DNA of 64,000 nt. Origin: a virus. Where the stretch lies: IMG/VR virus record IMGVR_UViG_3300025141_000031. One strand, written 5' to 3'. Positions within the stretch are counted from its first letter, which is position 1. Every line of letters starts with the position of its first letter. Below the pieces are notes generated by a model. The model had not been told where the DNA came from and did not search any database. It saw nothing but the letters and a program-made list of their open reading frames with translations. This document shows, in pieces, positions 42,359 through 52,223 of the stretch. Both the position numbers and the translations under genes were made by a program.

Positions 42359-43078
42359 TTAATTAGCTTGTAATTGTACTAGATAATAAGTTGATGAATA
42401 ATCTTTACTTGTAAATGATACTCTTGCAAGGCCTGCTGAAGAAACTTCTATAAATCCTTCTTCTGCATCTTTATTTGCAACTAGTATTTCTTTAAATAAA
42501 TTAGCTGAAAAACATGTTGCTTTAAGATCACTTTGCTCTCCTTCAGGAGTTGTTGGCCATGTAATTCTATTTGTATTCAAGGTTGAATAATTTAGAATCA
42601 TGTTAGTTCCTAACGCATCACTTTCAATTGCAAAATTTTCTGTTTCTGGTAATGCATTCTTTGATTTAACGAACTTATCTGCAAAATCTTTTGTTAATTT
42701 AATTTTAACATTAAAATCTGGCAATTGTTTCATTGCTGGTACTTGTCTAATTACCGATAAATCAGCTAACATAAATGTTACATTTGTTGTCTTATCTGAT
42801 AAATTAATCGAAAATGCGGTTCCATCTGCATTATTAACTCTCATTGTAACATCATTATCCAATGCAGTTAATAATTTTGTTAATTGTGAAGTTGCATATA
42901 CTCCTAATGTTACATCTTCAATATCAAAATTATCCATTGATACTGATCCTACTACGTTTTGATCGTCAGTAATAAAATTACATGACATTTTTTTATTTTC
43001 AATATCTAATCTAACAGAATTTGCATTTCCTGCTAAATGATATTTATCAATAAAACTTGTTAATTGTTTCTTTTCCAT
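42359..43078 (-). CDS. Sliding clamp (gp45/PCNA-like)
   Basis: Size, adjacency to the clamp loader, ends YYLVQLQ. Confidence 0.75.
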   Translation of the reverse strand: MEKKQLTSFIDKYHLAGNANSVRLDIENKKMSCNFITDDQNVVGSVSMDNFDIEDVTLGVYATSQLTKLLTALDNDVTMRVNNADGTAFSINLSDKTTNVTFMLADLSVIRQVPAMKQLPDFNVKIKLTKDFADKFVKSKNALPETENFAIESDALGTNMILNYSTLNTNRITWPTTPEGEQSDLKATCFSANLFKEILVANKDAEEGFIEVSSAGLARVSFTSKDYSSTYYLVQLQAN

Positions 43079-43090
43079 TGTTTACCTTTT

Positions 43091-44275
43091 TTATTCGAAA
43101 AATTGATTAAATACTTCATTGTTTACTAAATCTCTTGTACTACCACCAAACTTATCATATAATTGTCTATTCTTGTTATAGATATGAATTGCCTTGTCTG
43201 GGTCTTGGAACATTTCTTCCATGCTCATTAGTATTGCATAGAAATCCCTTGGAACTACTGTTTGTAATAATTCATTATGACATTTTACTATTTCCTCTAC
43301 TTGTCTAACAGTTTCGTTAAATACAAATAAATTATTTAATGTCATCTTCATTGTTACATCTCCTTTATAATTTGATACCTCACCAAAAGTCATTCCTTCA
43401 CAAACTGGATGTCCTAATGGATTAGGAACTAAATCATCTGCATTATACGGAAGATTTTCTCCTTTTGGAAAATATAAATCAGTAAAAGTCATTTTACTTA
43501 ATTGAGGAGAATGTAAATGAGTTCCATATACAGGATATAAACCTGGAGAACTTGAATCTGTTGATATTTGTATTCTACCTCCATGATATTTGTTTACCAT
43601 CTTTTGAAAAAAGCTTAATAAAAAGAAATCTGATATCTTTGATATACCTAATACATGTATAAATTGGTTTCTTGCTTTTTCAAATTCTCTATTCTTTATC
43701 ATTGGGACTAATGCCGACATGAACATAGTAACTCTCTTCTGAGCTCCTCCTATACACCATCCATTAAATTCAAAGTCTTTCATTTTTTGATACCATGTTT
43801 CATATTCTTCCACATTATTACCTTGAATAACATTTAAGAATTTACATTTACCAGATTGATTATCTGCAAAATACTTAAAGTTATCATAACTAATATCCAT
43901 ACATTCATGAAACTTTCCATCATATTTTGCTCTAGGTGGTATATCTAAATTAACTCCTAAATCACAATTTGCTTCTAACCAATCAAATATAGTTTTCTTA
44001 AATGATGGGTCCCATTTAATTGCTCCTGTAGCTAATTGAAACCCTCCGGAATCACCTAATACTAACACGTCATCATCTAATCCATATCTTTGTCTTGCAT
44101 CTGCCCATTTATAATGATGTCCTGCAGTAATTAGAAAATATGGATGTCTCCATCTTTCAGGAAAATCCTTATCATAAAATCTACAAGAGAGTCCTGGTTT
44201 AACTTCTTTGTTCTTTTTAAAATCTCCTGCACAACCTCCTGCAGATAATGATGGGTAATAAATTAAATCTTTCAT
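43091..44275 (-). CDS. dpdA: TGT-fold 7-deazaguanine DNA transglycosylase (DpdA-like)
   Basis: GDSGGFQ, LDIPP, VIQG, GWCIGG, HVLG, STDSSS; queDE/folE nearby. Confidence 0.8.
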   Translation of the reverse strand: MKDLIYYPSLSAGGCAGDFKKNKEVKPGLSCRFYDKDFPERWRHPYFLITAGHHYKWADARQRYGLDDDVLVLGDSGGFQLATGAIKWDPSFKKTIFDWLEANCDLGVNLDIPPRAKYDGKFHECMDISYDNFKYFADNQSGKCKFLNVIQGNNVEEYETWYQKMKDFEFNGWCIGGAQKRVTMFMSALVPMIKNREFEKARNQFIHVLGISKISDFFLLSFFQKMVNKYHGGRIQISTDSSSPGLYPVYGTHLHSPQLSKMTFTDLYFPKGENLPYNADDLVPNPLGHPVCEGMTFGEVSNYKGDVTMKMTLNNLFVFNETVRQVEEIVKCHNELLQTVVPRDFYAILMSMEEMFQDPDKAIHIYNKNRQLYDKFGGSTRDLVNNEVFNQFFE

Positions 44276-44276
44276 A

Positions 44277-45440
44277 TTATTTTTCTTGTTCTAGTAATGA
44301 TTCACATAATTCTTTTTCATGCCAAATACATAATTCATTTTCATAATCATTGGCAATAATATAACCTTCCATTTGTCTTCCTAAATCTGATCTATCAACT
44401 ATATGCGGATGAACTTTAGGTGTTTCTAATGCATCTTCAATTGTTTCTAATGCATCCTGAACATCAAATGGTTTATACATTCTATCTGCATCTATAAATT
44501 CTGGAAAACTTCTAAAATATGGAAATACTATATCAGCACCAAATGCAGTTGATTCAATAACTGTCCAGGATACATAATCTTGTAATGCAGAATTAAATTG
44601 AATTTTACAAGTTGCTAATTCTGTATAATATTCTTCTTTTGTTAATCCCGTCATTAATTTAAATCTAGGTTGTTCATCAGCTAAATCTTCTAATGCATCT
44701 ACGACGCCTGGTAACATACTTTTGAATCCTTTTCCTGATGTAGTTACGTGCCATTCATAATCTGGGTGATTAGCTAAAAATGCTTCTGCAACTTTCATCA
44801 TAAAGAAAGGGTTCTTCTCTTTATCTAATCTAGATGAATATACAATTGTATTTTTCTTTGTATATTCTCCTGTTGGTAGTTTTTCTAATGTTGCTTGTTT
44901 ATGTATTGGTAATGAAACAACATGTATTGGAGCTTCAAATCCTGCCGCTCTTAATTGTTCTTTATGAATAGAACTTCCTACAAATATACCAGTTAATCTT
45001 TTATCTAAACCTAATTCATATGGTCTCATCCAATCCTTCATAGGATATGTAAAATCATATTCATCTACTGATTGTGCATGTAGCATTGTATATACCTTTA
45101 CGTTCTTATAGCCATATAGGTCTAATGCATACCAAATGGCTTCGACTCCTGGTGTCCAAAAGTCTTGCAAGAATATTATATCACCATCTTGGACTTTGTC
45201 ATCATACAGCATTTGTAAAAAGTTTTGGCATTGAGATAAACTATATTTTCCTCTGCCGATTGCATCTAATACTGCGCCAACTTTAATCTCACAATCTGGG
45301 TCAAAGTCTCCTTCTACATCAATAAAATTTAACTTGTCTTCATACCGTTCAAATGTTTTTGGCATCCATTCTTTACATAACTGATATGTATACCTTGCTT
45401 TTAATGGCTCTAGGCCAAAATAAAATAAATTTCTTTTCAT
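44277..45440 (-). CDS. GT-B (GT4-like) glycosyltransferase adjacent to dpdA
   Basis: YSSRLDKEKNP, ALQDYVSWTVIES, YFRSFPE. Confidence 0.75.
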   Translation of the reverse strand: MKRNLFYFGLEPLKARYTYQLCKEWMPKTFERYEDKLNFIDVEGDFDPDCEIKVGAVLDAIGRGKYSLSQCQNFLQMLYDDKVQDGDIIFLQDFWTPGVEAIWYALDLYGYKNVKVYTMLHAQSVDEYDFTYPMKDWMRPYELGLDKRLTGIFVGSSIHKEQLRAAGFEAPIHVVSLPIHKQATLEKLPTGEYTKKNTIVYSSRLDKEKNPFFMMKVAEAFLANHPDYEWHVTTSGKGFKSMLPGVVDALEDLADEQPRFKLMTGLTKEEYYTELATCKIQFNSALQDYVSWTVIESTAFGADIVFPYFRSFPEFIDADRMYKPFDVQDALETIEDALETPKVHPHIVDRSDLGRQMEGYIIANDYENELCIWHEKELCESLLEQEK

Positions 45441-45446
45441 AATTTT

Positions 45447-45866
45447 TTATTCTTTAATTCTATCAAATTTATAATCATCTGGATTAATCTCCATCATATT
45501 ACATTTCGTGATTTGATGTACTCTATACCAACCTGCATCTATAGATAATGTATCTGTCTTTTTAAGTTTTGATACATGAACATCTGGTATTCTATATATA
45601 ACATGAGCTCTATTGAAAATAGACATTGGAATCTTTTCCATTGTCTTTTCATTAGCTTCTATTGTGACATATTGTTTAGTTTCTAGGATATCATGTATTT
45701 CATCCCAATTACCATGAACACATGCCATTTCAATATATTCAATTGTAAAATAGATATGTGGATACTCTTTATAGTTTTTAGGTACTTGTCCTCTAACAAA
45801 TACCGTTTCTATATCAGATAACCTACCTTCTACTTCTTTTCCATACCAATAACTTTTTCCGTACAT
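45447..45866 (-). CDS. Hypothetical protein, first gene of the GT-dpdA-clamp unit
   Basis: WYGKEVEGR...DDYKFD; has its own promoter. Confidence 0.7.
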   Translation of the reverse strand: MYGKSYWYGKEVEGRLSDIETVFVRGQVPKNYKEYPHIYFTIEYIEMACVHGNWDEIHDILETKQYVTIEANEKTMEKIPMSIFNRAHVIYRIPDVHVSKLKKTDTLSIDAGWYRVHQITKCNMMEINPDDYKFDRIKE

Positions 45867-45880
45867 ATTCTTATTTTAAT

Positions 45881-45912
45881 TTAATATAATAAATCTTTTG
45901 CAAACAACCAAA
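45881..45912 (-). promoter_or_regulatory. Bacteroidota-type promoter TTTG-N20-TATATTAA
   Basis: Canonical TTTG -33 element. Confidence 0.65.
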
Positions 45913-45937
45913 TAATTTCATCTAAAAGTTAACTAAA

Positions 45938-46270
45938 CTATTTAGTTAATCCTTTTACTAAATCCTTATTCGGATTGATTGTTTCATCCAATTTATGGAC
46001 TTCAGACCAAACGTTATCAAAACGTCTATCTGTACTGCTTTCAACTTGAACTTGATATTCATCTATTCGTCTGTTAATAGAGTTATCACCTTCTTCTCGA
46101 TCATTAATTTCTGTGTCAATTTGTCTTTCGAATTGTCTTTCAAAATCAATGAGTTCCATTCTTAATAGCTCCAGATCATTGACCCTTCTGCTCAACCTTA
46201 TCACACCCGCGACCGCATACGCTAACGCACCCACTCCAAGTGTACTTAAAACTGTTAAAATTGTTTCCAT
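45938..46270 (-). CDS. Membrane-anchored coiled-coil protein
   Basis: N-terminal TM segment followed by a charged helix. Confidence 0.65.
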   Translation of the reverse strand: METILTVLSTLGVGALAYAVAGVIRLSRRVNDLELLRMELIDFERQFERQIDTEINDREEGDNSINRRIDEYQVQVESSTDRRFDNVWSEVHKLDETINPNKDLVKGLTK

Positions 46271-46307
46271 ATTGTTTCTCTCTTATTTATCTAATTGATG
46301 GAATCAT

Positions 46308-48791
46308 TTAATTGAATGCAAAAAACTTTCCTAAATTATTATTTTCTGGGATTCTACCCCAATTCATTGCTCCATAAAAATCATTCAATTTGTTAGCAAA
46401 TGCAGATGTAAATACTTTATTATAATTTATATTATCCTGCACAAATTTTTCTATTGGAGTTGGATCTTCAAATCCTTTCATTGCTATTGTATCTAAGCCC
46501 ATATTATTAGGTATAAGATATGTCCATTTTATTTTTTCACCGTTAATGATCTCTCGAACATTTTTCACTTTATGATGTTTCAACATATCATTATAATTTA
46601 ATGCCGATTTAACATGTACTGGAGTTCCTTTCATTCTTACTGCAAACATGCCATCACCCTTTCTTTGCCATTTTTTAATATTCTTTACACCAATCGGAAA
46701 CATAATATCAATTAATGGTAATGTTTTCATATACTCTTTGAAGTTAAGAATTTTATCATCAAGTTCTTCTTTAGTAATATCATTCAAAATATCCTCTAAT
46801 ACTTCAGCCATAAATTTTCTAAAGGCTGGTGGAAATGAAGACCTAACAACATCTAATCCTTTAACATCTAATTTTGATACGGTATGTCCTTCAATATTAA
46901 TTATCCATTGTGCATACCTTTTCTTTGCTATCCATAAACCAGCCTTTGCAACATTTTCTTGTTTAATATCAAACTTATGAATATTTACATTATGAAATCT
47001 ATCAGCATATATATCATATGATCTATTAATAAAATCCTGTACTTCATCTGCTACTTCAATTGTTTTATCCGCCATCCATTTTTCATCTGTTATATCAAAC
47101 TTTGGATATCGGTGTTTTATAATTGGTAATGATGAAAAGAATGTCGAATCTGTATCAGTATAAATACAATAGTCTTTATTTTTACCTAATTCTTTTGTAT
47201 AAAATTTATTACCAATATCTGCTGTAAATTTAATTAATTGTTGTCCAGTACTTGTAATGGCTACTGCATTATCTGGGTCATTGAATCTAAAAGTTGGATT
47301 ACCTAAAACTCCATAAAATGAATTAAGAAGAATCTTTGTTACTAATTGTAATCTATCAAAATATTCTGCTTTGGCATCATCTCCTTCAGATTCATATTTC
47401 TTTCTTAAATTTTTATATTCAACTCTTTCTGCAAACCATTTTTCAAGTATAGATGATATAAAACCTTTTTGTTTAGTATCATATACAACTCCATTTGCTG
47501 CAATTGAATATTTATTTTCTGTTAAATATGATCTTAATTTTTCAGGCGATTCCCAACCGTCCTTATCCATTGAATATTCCATTGGAATATTTTTGATGTA
47601 TTTATGTCCATCAAAGTCTTCAATCTTACCTATTTTAGTTTCTGGAGAAACGTTAAGTGTCATAATGATACTAGGATATAAAGATGTTAAATCAAGATCG
47701 TATACCCATTTATATCTACCTGGATTAGGTGCTTTTACAAATGCTCCTAATAAATCTACATGTTTTATTTCATCATGCCTAGGTTTATTAGGTGCAACAA
47801 TTCCTAATCGTTTCATGTATGTTAATGCAGCTCCATCTAAATATCTAGTTGGAAATAAAAAGTCTTCATATGGAACATGTCCTTTATGACATATACCACG
47901 AGCTAAATCCATCAATTTCATTTTCTGGTCTATTTCATATACTAGATCAACATCATTCATATTATAATCAATATAACCTTGGATATCATTTTTCATCAAA
48001 TCATCCAACGTTCCTTCATATTTCATTTTACCTTTACCTAATTCTTTTTGAGATATAGCTTCTAATGAATAACTAGACTCTTCATTATAAGTAAAGTTTT
48101 TATATAATGCCATATAATCTAAACATGATACTCCAGATATTCTATATCTATTTCTATGTTTTAACCAAATAACATCTTTAATAGGAGATAATGTTCTTGC
48201 TTGAGATTCTCCTAATATATGACATATTCTATTATATAAGTAAGGAATATCAAAAAAGTCAATATTCCACCCCGTAATTAATGTAGGCATTATCTCATAA
48301 TATGTTACTAAAAATTTGGATAGTAATGTTGCTTCATCTGGACAAGATATTGTTTCGAAATTACCTTTTTTAGTTGAAGGAACTTGTCCTGCTTTATCTA
48401 ATATCCATACAAATTTTTGATCTCCTGCTTCATCATAAATTGCAATTGAAGTAACTTCATTTTGAGCCTCTTCTGGAGTAGGAAATCCATTTTCTATATC
48501 CACCTCAATATCAATAAATAAAGTTCTATGGCCTGTTGATATCTCATCTGAATCTGTATATTGATCTATTAAAGTTCTTATTTCAGGGTTAAGATCTGAT
48601 TCATATAATCCAGGAGCTTCTTGATCAGGATTCCATACTTTATCTACACGAGTTCCATCCAATGTTGTTAATGCACCAGAAGGATTCTTTGCGTATGCAT
48701 ATGGTTTATACTTTATCTTAAGGTGTCCCTTTACATCGTCCCATATATGGACTGTATTATTACGACGTTGATATGCTACTGCTTGATACAT
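46308..48791 (-). CDS. polB: Family B DNA polymerase (gp43-like)
   Basis: Exonuclease motifs DIE, GWNIDFFD, YNMND; DLTSLYPS, KILLNSFYG, YTDTDS, KKRY. Confidence 0.97.
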   Translation of the reverse strand: MYQAVAYQRRNNTVHIWDDVKGHLKIKYKPYAYAKNPSGALTTLDGTRVDKVWNPDQEAPGLYESDLNPEIRTLIDQYTDSDEISTGHRTLFIDIEVDIENGFPTPEEAQNEVTSIAIYDEAGDQKFVWILDKAGQVPSTKKGNFETISCPDEATLLSKFLVTYYEIMPTLITGWNIDFFDIPYLYNRICHILGESQARTLSPIKDVIWLKHRNRYRISGVSCLDYMALYKNFTYNEESSYSLEAISQKELGKGKMKYEGTLDDLMKNDIQGYIDYNMNDVDLVYEIDQKMKLMDLARGICHKGHVPYEDFLFPTRYLDGAALTYMKRLGIVAPNKPRHDEIKHVDLLGAFVKAPNPGRYKWVYDLDLTSLYPSIIMTLNVSPETKIGKIEDFDGHKYIKNIPMEYSMDKDGWESPEKLRSYLTENKYSIAANGVVYDTKQKGFISSILEKWFAERVEYKNLRKKYESEGDDAKAEYFDRLQLVTKILLNSFYGVLGNPTFRFNDPDNAVAITSTGQQLIKFTADIGNKFYTKELGKNKDYCIYTDTDSTFFSSLPIIKHRYPKFDITDEKWMADKTIEVADEVQDFINRSYDIYADRFHNVNIHKFDIKQENVAKAGLWIAKKRYAQWIINIEGHTVSKLDVKGLDVVRSSFPPAFRKFMAEVLEDILNDITKEELDDKILNFKEYMKTLPLIDIMFPIGVKNIKKWQRKGDGMFAVRMKGTPVHVKSALNYNDMLKHHKVKNVREIINGEKIKWTYLIPNNMGLDTIAMKGFEDPTPIEKFVQDNINYNKVFTSAFANKLNDFYGAMNWGRIPENNNLGKFFAFN

Positions 48792-48997
48792 TAAACTAAT
48801 TCTTCTATTATTCCAACCATTTCACTTAATATAAGAAAAATAACTGACATTACCAAATTAAATGGCAACAATCCATATCCTAATATTCTAATTCCTGATT
48901 TAATAAAACTTATAATCTGATGCTTTCTTGCATCTGGTAATTGTTGTTTATTATCTTTGGTCCATTTATCCGTTTTTCCGTTATAAAATCCTTGCAT
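48791..48997 (-). CDS. Small membrane protein
   Basis: Hydrophobic C-terminal half. Confidence 0.6.
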   Translation of the reverse strand: MQGFYNGKTDKWTKDNKQQLPDARKHQIISFIKSGIRILGYGLLPFNLVMSVIFLILSEMVGIIEELV

Positions 48998-49000
48998 ATT

Positions 49001-49507
49001 CTAATTTATTTTGTAAATATTTCTATAATTTCTTTTTAGTCCGTTATCATCTAAACCATAACCTACTACCCATTCTTTATCTATTTCAAAACAAAAATGA
49101 TCTACTGGTGGACTATCTTCTTTTCTTTTTAATAAGGTAACTATTTTTACTGCTGCAGGCATCATATCATTAACTCTTAATAAAATTTCTAACATTGTTT
49201 TACCTGTATCAACTATATCATCAACAATATAAACGCTCCTGCCTTTACAATGTAACTCTAGATCTTTTGTAAATTTAACTCCGCCTGAATTATCTTTTCC
49301 TTCATATGATTTAGCTCTAATAAAATCTATTGATACATCTATACCCATATCTTTAACTAAATCTGTAAAGAACATGAATCCACCATTTAATACACATATC
49401 ATTACTGGTGGTAATGAATCTCCTGAAGATTTATGTTCTTCTGATATTTTATGTGCCATTGCTCTGACACGTCTTTCTATTTTATATTCTGGTATTAATA
49501 TTTTCAT
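49001..49507 (-). CDS. hpt: Hypoxanthine/guanine phosphoribosyltransferase
   Basis: VLNGG, SY, IVDDIVDTGKT, VVGYGLD, RN. Confidence 0.92.
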   Translation of the reverse strand: MKILIPEYKIERRVRAMAHKISEEHKSSGDSLPPVMICVLNGGFMFFTDLVKDMGIDVSIDFIRAKSYEGKDNSGGVKFTKDLELHCKGRSVYIVDDIVDTGKTMLEILLRVNDMMPAAVKIVTLLKRKEDSPPVDHFCFEIDKEWVVGYGLDDNGLKRNYRNIYKIN

Positions 49508-49593
49508 TTTTTGGTTTGTCCGTCACTAAATCCTGTTTTCCATCCATACCATAATAACCCTAAGAAAAATAATCCTGTAAATAATCCGTCCAT
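49504..49593 (-). CDS. 29-aa membrane peptide MDGLFTGLFFLGLLWYGWKTGFSDGQTKK
   Basis: Manual translation; start overlaps the folE stop and stop overlaps the hpt start (ATGA). Confidence 0.55.
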   Translation of the reverse strand: MDGLFTGLFFLGLLWYGWKTGFSDGQTKK

Positions 49594-50249
49594 TAATATC
49601 CTTTTACAAATTCATAATACTCATTTCTTGTAGCAGGATCATCTTTAAATGCACCAGTTAATTTACTTGTCTTCATACTCGCACCACCATGTTTAACTCC
49701 TCTACATTGCACACAATTATGAGTTGCATCAATCATTACGGCTACACCGTTATTATCTTCGATGATAGTATCCATTGCATTATGAATTGCAACTGTTAAT
49801 TGTTCTTGTATAGCACCTCTTCTTGCAAAATGTTCTACTAATCTATTTAATTTAGATAAACCAATTACATGACTATCTTTTCCTGGAATATATGCAACAT
49901 GTACTTTACCCATAATGGTTTGATGATGGTGTGAACACATACTAGTTAATGGAATGCCACCTTCAAATACCATACCATCATATCCATCACTCGGAAAGGT
50001 TGTTATACTTGGTGGAGCTTCATATCTTCCAGACCATAAATCATTTACATATGCTTTTGCAACTCTATAAGGTGTTTTATTTGAATTTGGGTCATCTTTC
50101 CAATCCACTTTTAATGCATCTAAAAACTTTCCAAATGCAACACCTGCATCTATAATCATTTTTGATTTTTCATCTTCTGTTAAAGGTCTACCTTTTGCAA
50201 CACCATTTGCAAATCCTTCCTTTACTAATTCTAAATTTAATCTTTTCAT
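49593..50249 (-). CDS. folE: GTP cyclohydrolase I
   Basis: TPYRVAK, SMCSHH, GLSKLNR, QE, HNCVQCRG. Confidence 0.95.
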   Translation of the reverse strand: MKRLNLELVKEGFANGVAKGRPLTEDEKSKMIIDAGVAFGKFLDALKVDWKDDPNSNKTPYRVAKAYVNDLWSGRYEAPPSITTFPSDGYDGMVFEGGIPLTSMCSHHHQTIMGKVHVAYIPGKDSHVIGLSKLNRLVEHFARRGAIQEQLTVAIHNAMDTIIEDNNGVAVMIDATHNCVQCRGVKHGGASMKTSKLTGAFKDDPATRNEYYEFVKGY

Positions 50250-50545
50250 ATTGATTTCATAACTATTTCTGATTCTCTTACTAGAATATATCTTTTATCA
50301 TCTAATGTTACCTCATTACCATTTTTACCTGATAATAATCTATTAGGAACTAATACAGTATCATCTTCTTTGCATGACATTGCAATTCTATCTCCTGTTT
50401 GAGTATATATTCCTGGACCTACTGCAATAACTTTTGCATACCCATATTCGCTTTCTGAACTCTTTAAGATTAATCCTGATTTTGTTTTTTCTTGTCTTTC
50501 TTCTGCTTTTAATAAAAGCTGGTCACCCATTGGTTTCATTTTCAT
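50246..50545 (-). CDS. groES: Co-chaperonin GroES
   Basis: KPMGDQLL, KTKSGLIL, VIAVGPG, RESEI. Confidence 0.9.
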   Translation of the reverse strand: MKMKPMGDQLLLKAEERQEKTKSGLILKSSESEYGYAKVIAVGPGIYTQTGDRIAMSCKEDDTVLVPNRLLSGKNGNEVTLDDKRYILVRESEIVMKSI

Positions 50546-50562
50546 AATTTTTCTTTTTTTTA

Positions 50563-51336
50563 TTATACCATTCGTTCTGTATCATATGCTATAATATGAT
50601 CTCTACCTGTCATATTATAACCATGTTTTGCTACCATTTCAAATACTTTAGGATACATTTCAAGTAATGTTTCTCTATTATCTCCTGCAGGCATTATATA
50701 TGTTTTATCTTTAGGAGCTCCTATCAATGTTCTAAAATTTTCTATTTCTTCAAGATTTTCTTCTGTTCCATCCCATACTGGTTTGTAATGATAATCTTTA
50801 TGAAACATTATCATTTGCTTCATTGCGTCAAGATTTAATCTTTTCTTATTATGAGTATCAATAAATCTTTGATCTACCACTCTCATTCCTGGAGTCATTA
50901 TTCCTAATTTTGGACAACTATTTGCAAATTTAGGACTTAAACTAATTAAATCAATTGGATAATCTGTTTCTACAAAATGACTACCTTCAGTTTCAATTGT
51001 AATAATAATTCCTCTTTTATGTGCAAAATGTGTTAACTCATTGACCAATGCTGGATGCATTGTTGGTGATCCGCCTGTTAACATCATTTCTTTAATTTGT
51101 GGGTTTTCATCATAAATGTTAATTACATCATTAAAGGTAAGCTTTCCTTTTTCTGGATGTATTGATGTATACCAACTGTCACACCAACCTCCTTCTCCAA
51201 ACCAACATCTATGAGTACATCCTGTTGTTCTAACACAAACAGTTGGCATTCCAATCCTACTTCCTTCTGATTGTACGCACCTGTATAATTCTAATACAGG
51301 TAATACTTTATTATAATCTTTTATTCTTTTATTCAC
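50563..51336 (-). CDS. queE: 7-carboxy-7-deazaguanine synthase (radical SAM)
   Basis: VQSEG..IG.P...RTTGC, CxxxC-x7-CD, LTGG.P, IETEG, SLSPK. Confidence 0.9.
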   Translation of the reverse strand: MNKRIKDYNKVLPVLELYRCVQSEGSRIGMPTVCVRTTGCTHRCWFGEGGWCDSWYTSIHPEKGKLTFNDVINIYDENPQIKEMMLTGGSPTMHPALVNELTHFAHKRGIIITIETEGSHFVETDYPIDLISLSPKFANSCPKLGIMTPGMRVVDQRFIDTHNKKRLNLDAMKQMIMFHKDYHYKPVWDGTEENLEEIENFRTLIGAPKDKTYIMPAGDNRETLLEMYPKVFEMVAKHGYNMTGRDHIIAYDTERMV

Positions 51337-51817
51337 TATATATTGATGAATTTCTATCGGCTTCCCAACATTCTACTTTTACTACTTTTACTCTACCTCC
51401 TCCTGTTAATGCCATTCGTTCATTAAATTTATCATAAACTAATTTAGCACAAGATTCAGCTCCCATTGCATCCATAATTCTTAAATCTAAAAGACCTAAC
51501 TCTTCCATCATCTTAAATGATTCTAATTGTGGATCATCTTTTTCTATTAAACATGTATGATCAAACATATAATTCATCCAATCTTTTAGGCCATTTCCTG
51601 GAGTTGGTTCTGCATCTGTAGATTTGAATCCACCATAGTCCATAATCCAATTCATTTCATCTAATTGTTTAGATTCCATTATTTCATTAGATTCAAACCA
51701 TACTTTAAACTTTAAAGCATATCCATGTAATAACTTACAATGTGAGTGTTGAGCTTTATGCTGTCTCAGTGCTACTGAATAATTATCGAATATTTTTGTT
51801 GATTGATACTTTGCCAT
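51329..51817 (-). CDS. queD: 6-carboxy-5,6,7,8-tetrahydropterin synthase
   Basis: HCKLLHGY, MDYGG, FDH, AE, VECWE. Confidence 0.9.
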   Translation of the reverse strand: MAKYQSTKIFDNYSVALRQHKAQHSHCKLLHGYALKFKVWFESNEIMESKQLDEMNWIMDYGGFKSTDAEPTPGNGLKDWMNYMFDHTCLIEKDDPQLESFKMMEELGLLDLRIMDAMGAESCAKLVYDKFNERMALTGGGRVKVVKVECWEADRNSSIYSE

Positions 51818-51837
51818 GTATAACTCCTTTTGTTTAT

Positions 51838-51869
51838 TTAATATAAATAAAAATGTTCGTAAGTCCTAG
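51838..51869 (-). promoter_or_regulatory. Promoter CTAG-N20-TATATTAA overlapping a TATTTATA motif
   Basis: Upstream of queD. Confidence 0.55.
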
Positions 51870-51876
51870 TAAATTC

Positions 51877-52221
51877 TTAAGAATTATAACTAGGTGTATA
51901 ACTCCAAACAAACCAATACGTTCTTCCTTTTGGATGTCTATTTAATAAATGAGAACTCATATGACTTGTATGATAAAATTCTGATTCATATCTATTTCTA
52001 GCTTTTTCATCATTAAATAAAGCAAAATCGGATGCATGTGGATATGTTTGATCGAATGATCTACCAGTCTCTTTATAAGACTTTGCATTAATGGTATCAT
52101 AAATCATTGTAGATAGATATTCTTTATCAAACCATGATACACGATTCCAATCGAATCCTTTAACAATTTTTTCTACATCTTGTTTTGTCTTTTTGGTGTG
52201 CTTTGTAACTTTATAGTTCAT
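51877..52221 (-). CDS. Hypothetical protein
   Basis: Start probably MNYKV at 52221, which avoids a 46-nt overlap. Confidence 0.6.
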   Translation of the reverse strand: MNYKVTKHTKKTKQDVEKIVKGFDWNRVSWFDKEYLSTMIYDTINAKSYKETGRSFDQTYPHASDFALFNDEKARNRYESEFYHTSHMSSHLLNRHPKGRTYWFVWSYTPSYNS

Positions 52222-52223
52222 AT

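Noticed and set aside
43091-44275. Canonical tRNA-guanine transglycosylase (tgt)
   Set aside because: It lacks the C-terminal CxCxxC zinc site and sits in the replisome operon, so DpdA-like is preferred, though unproven
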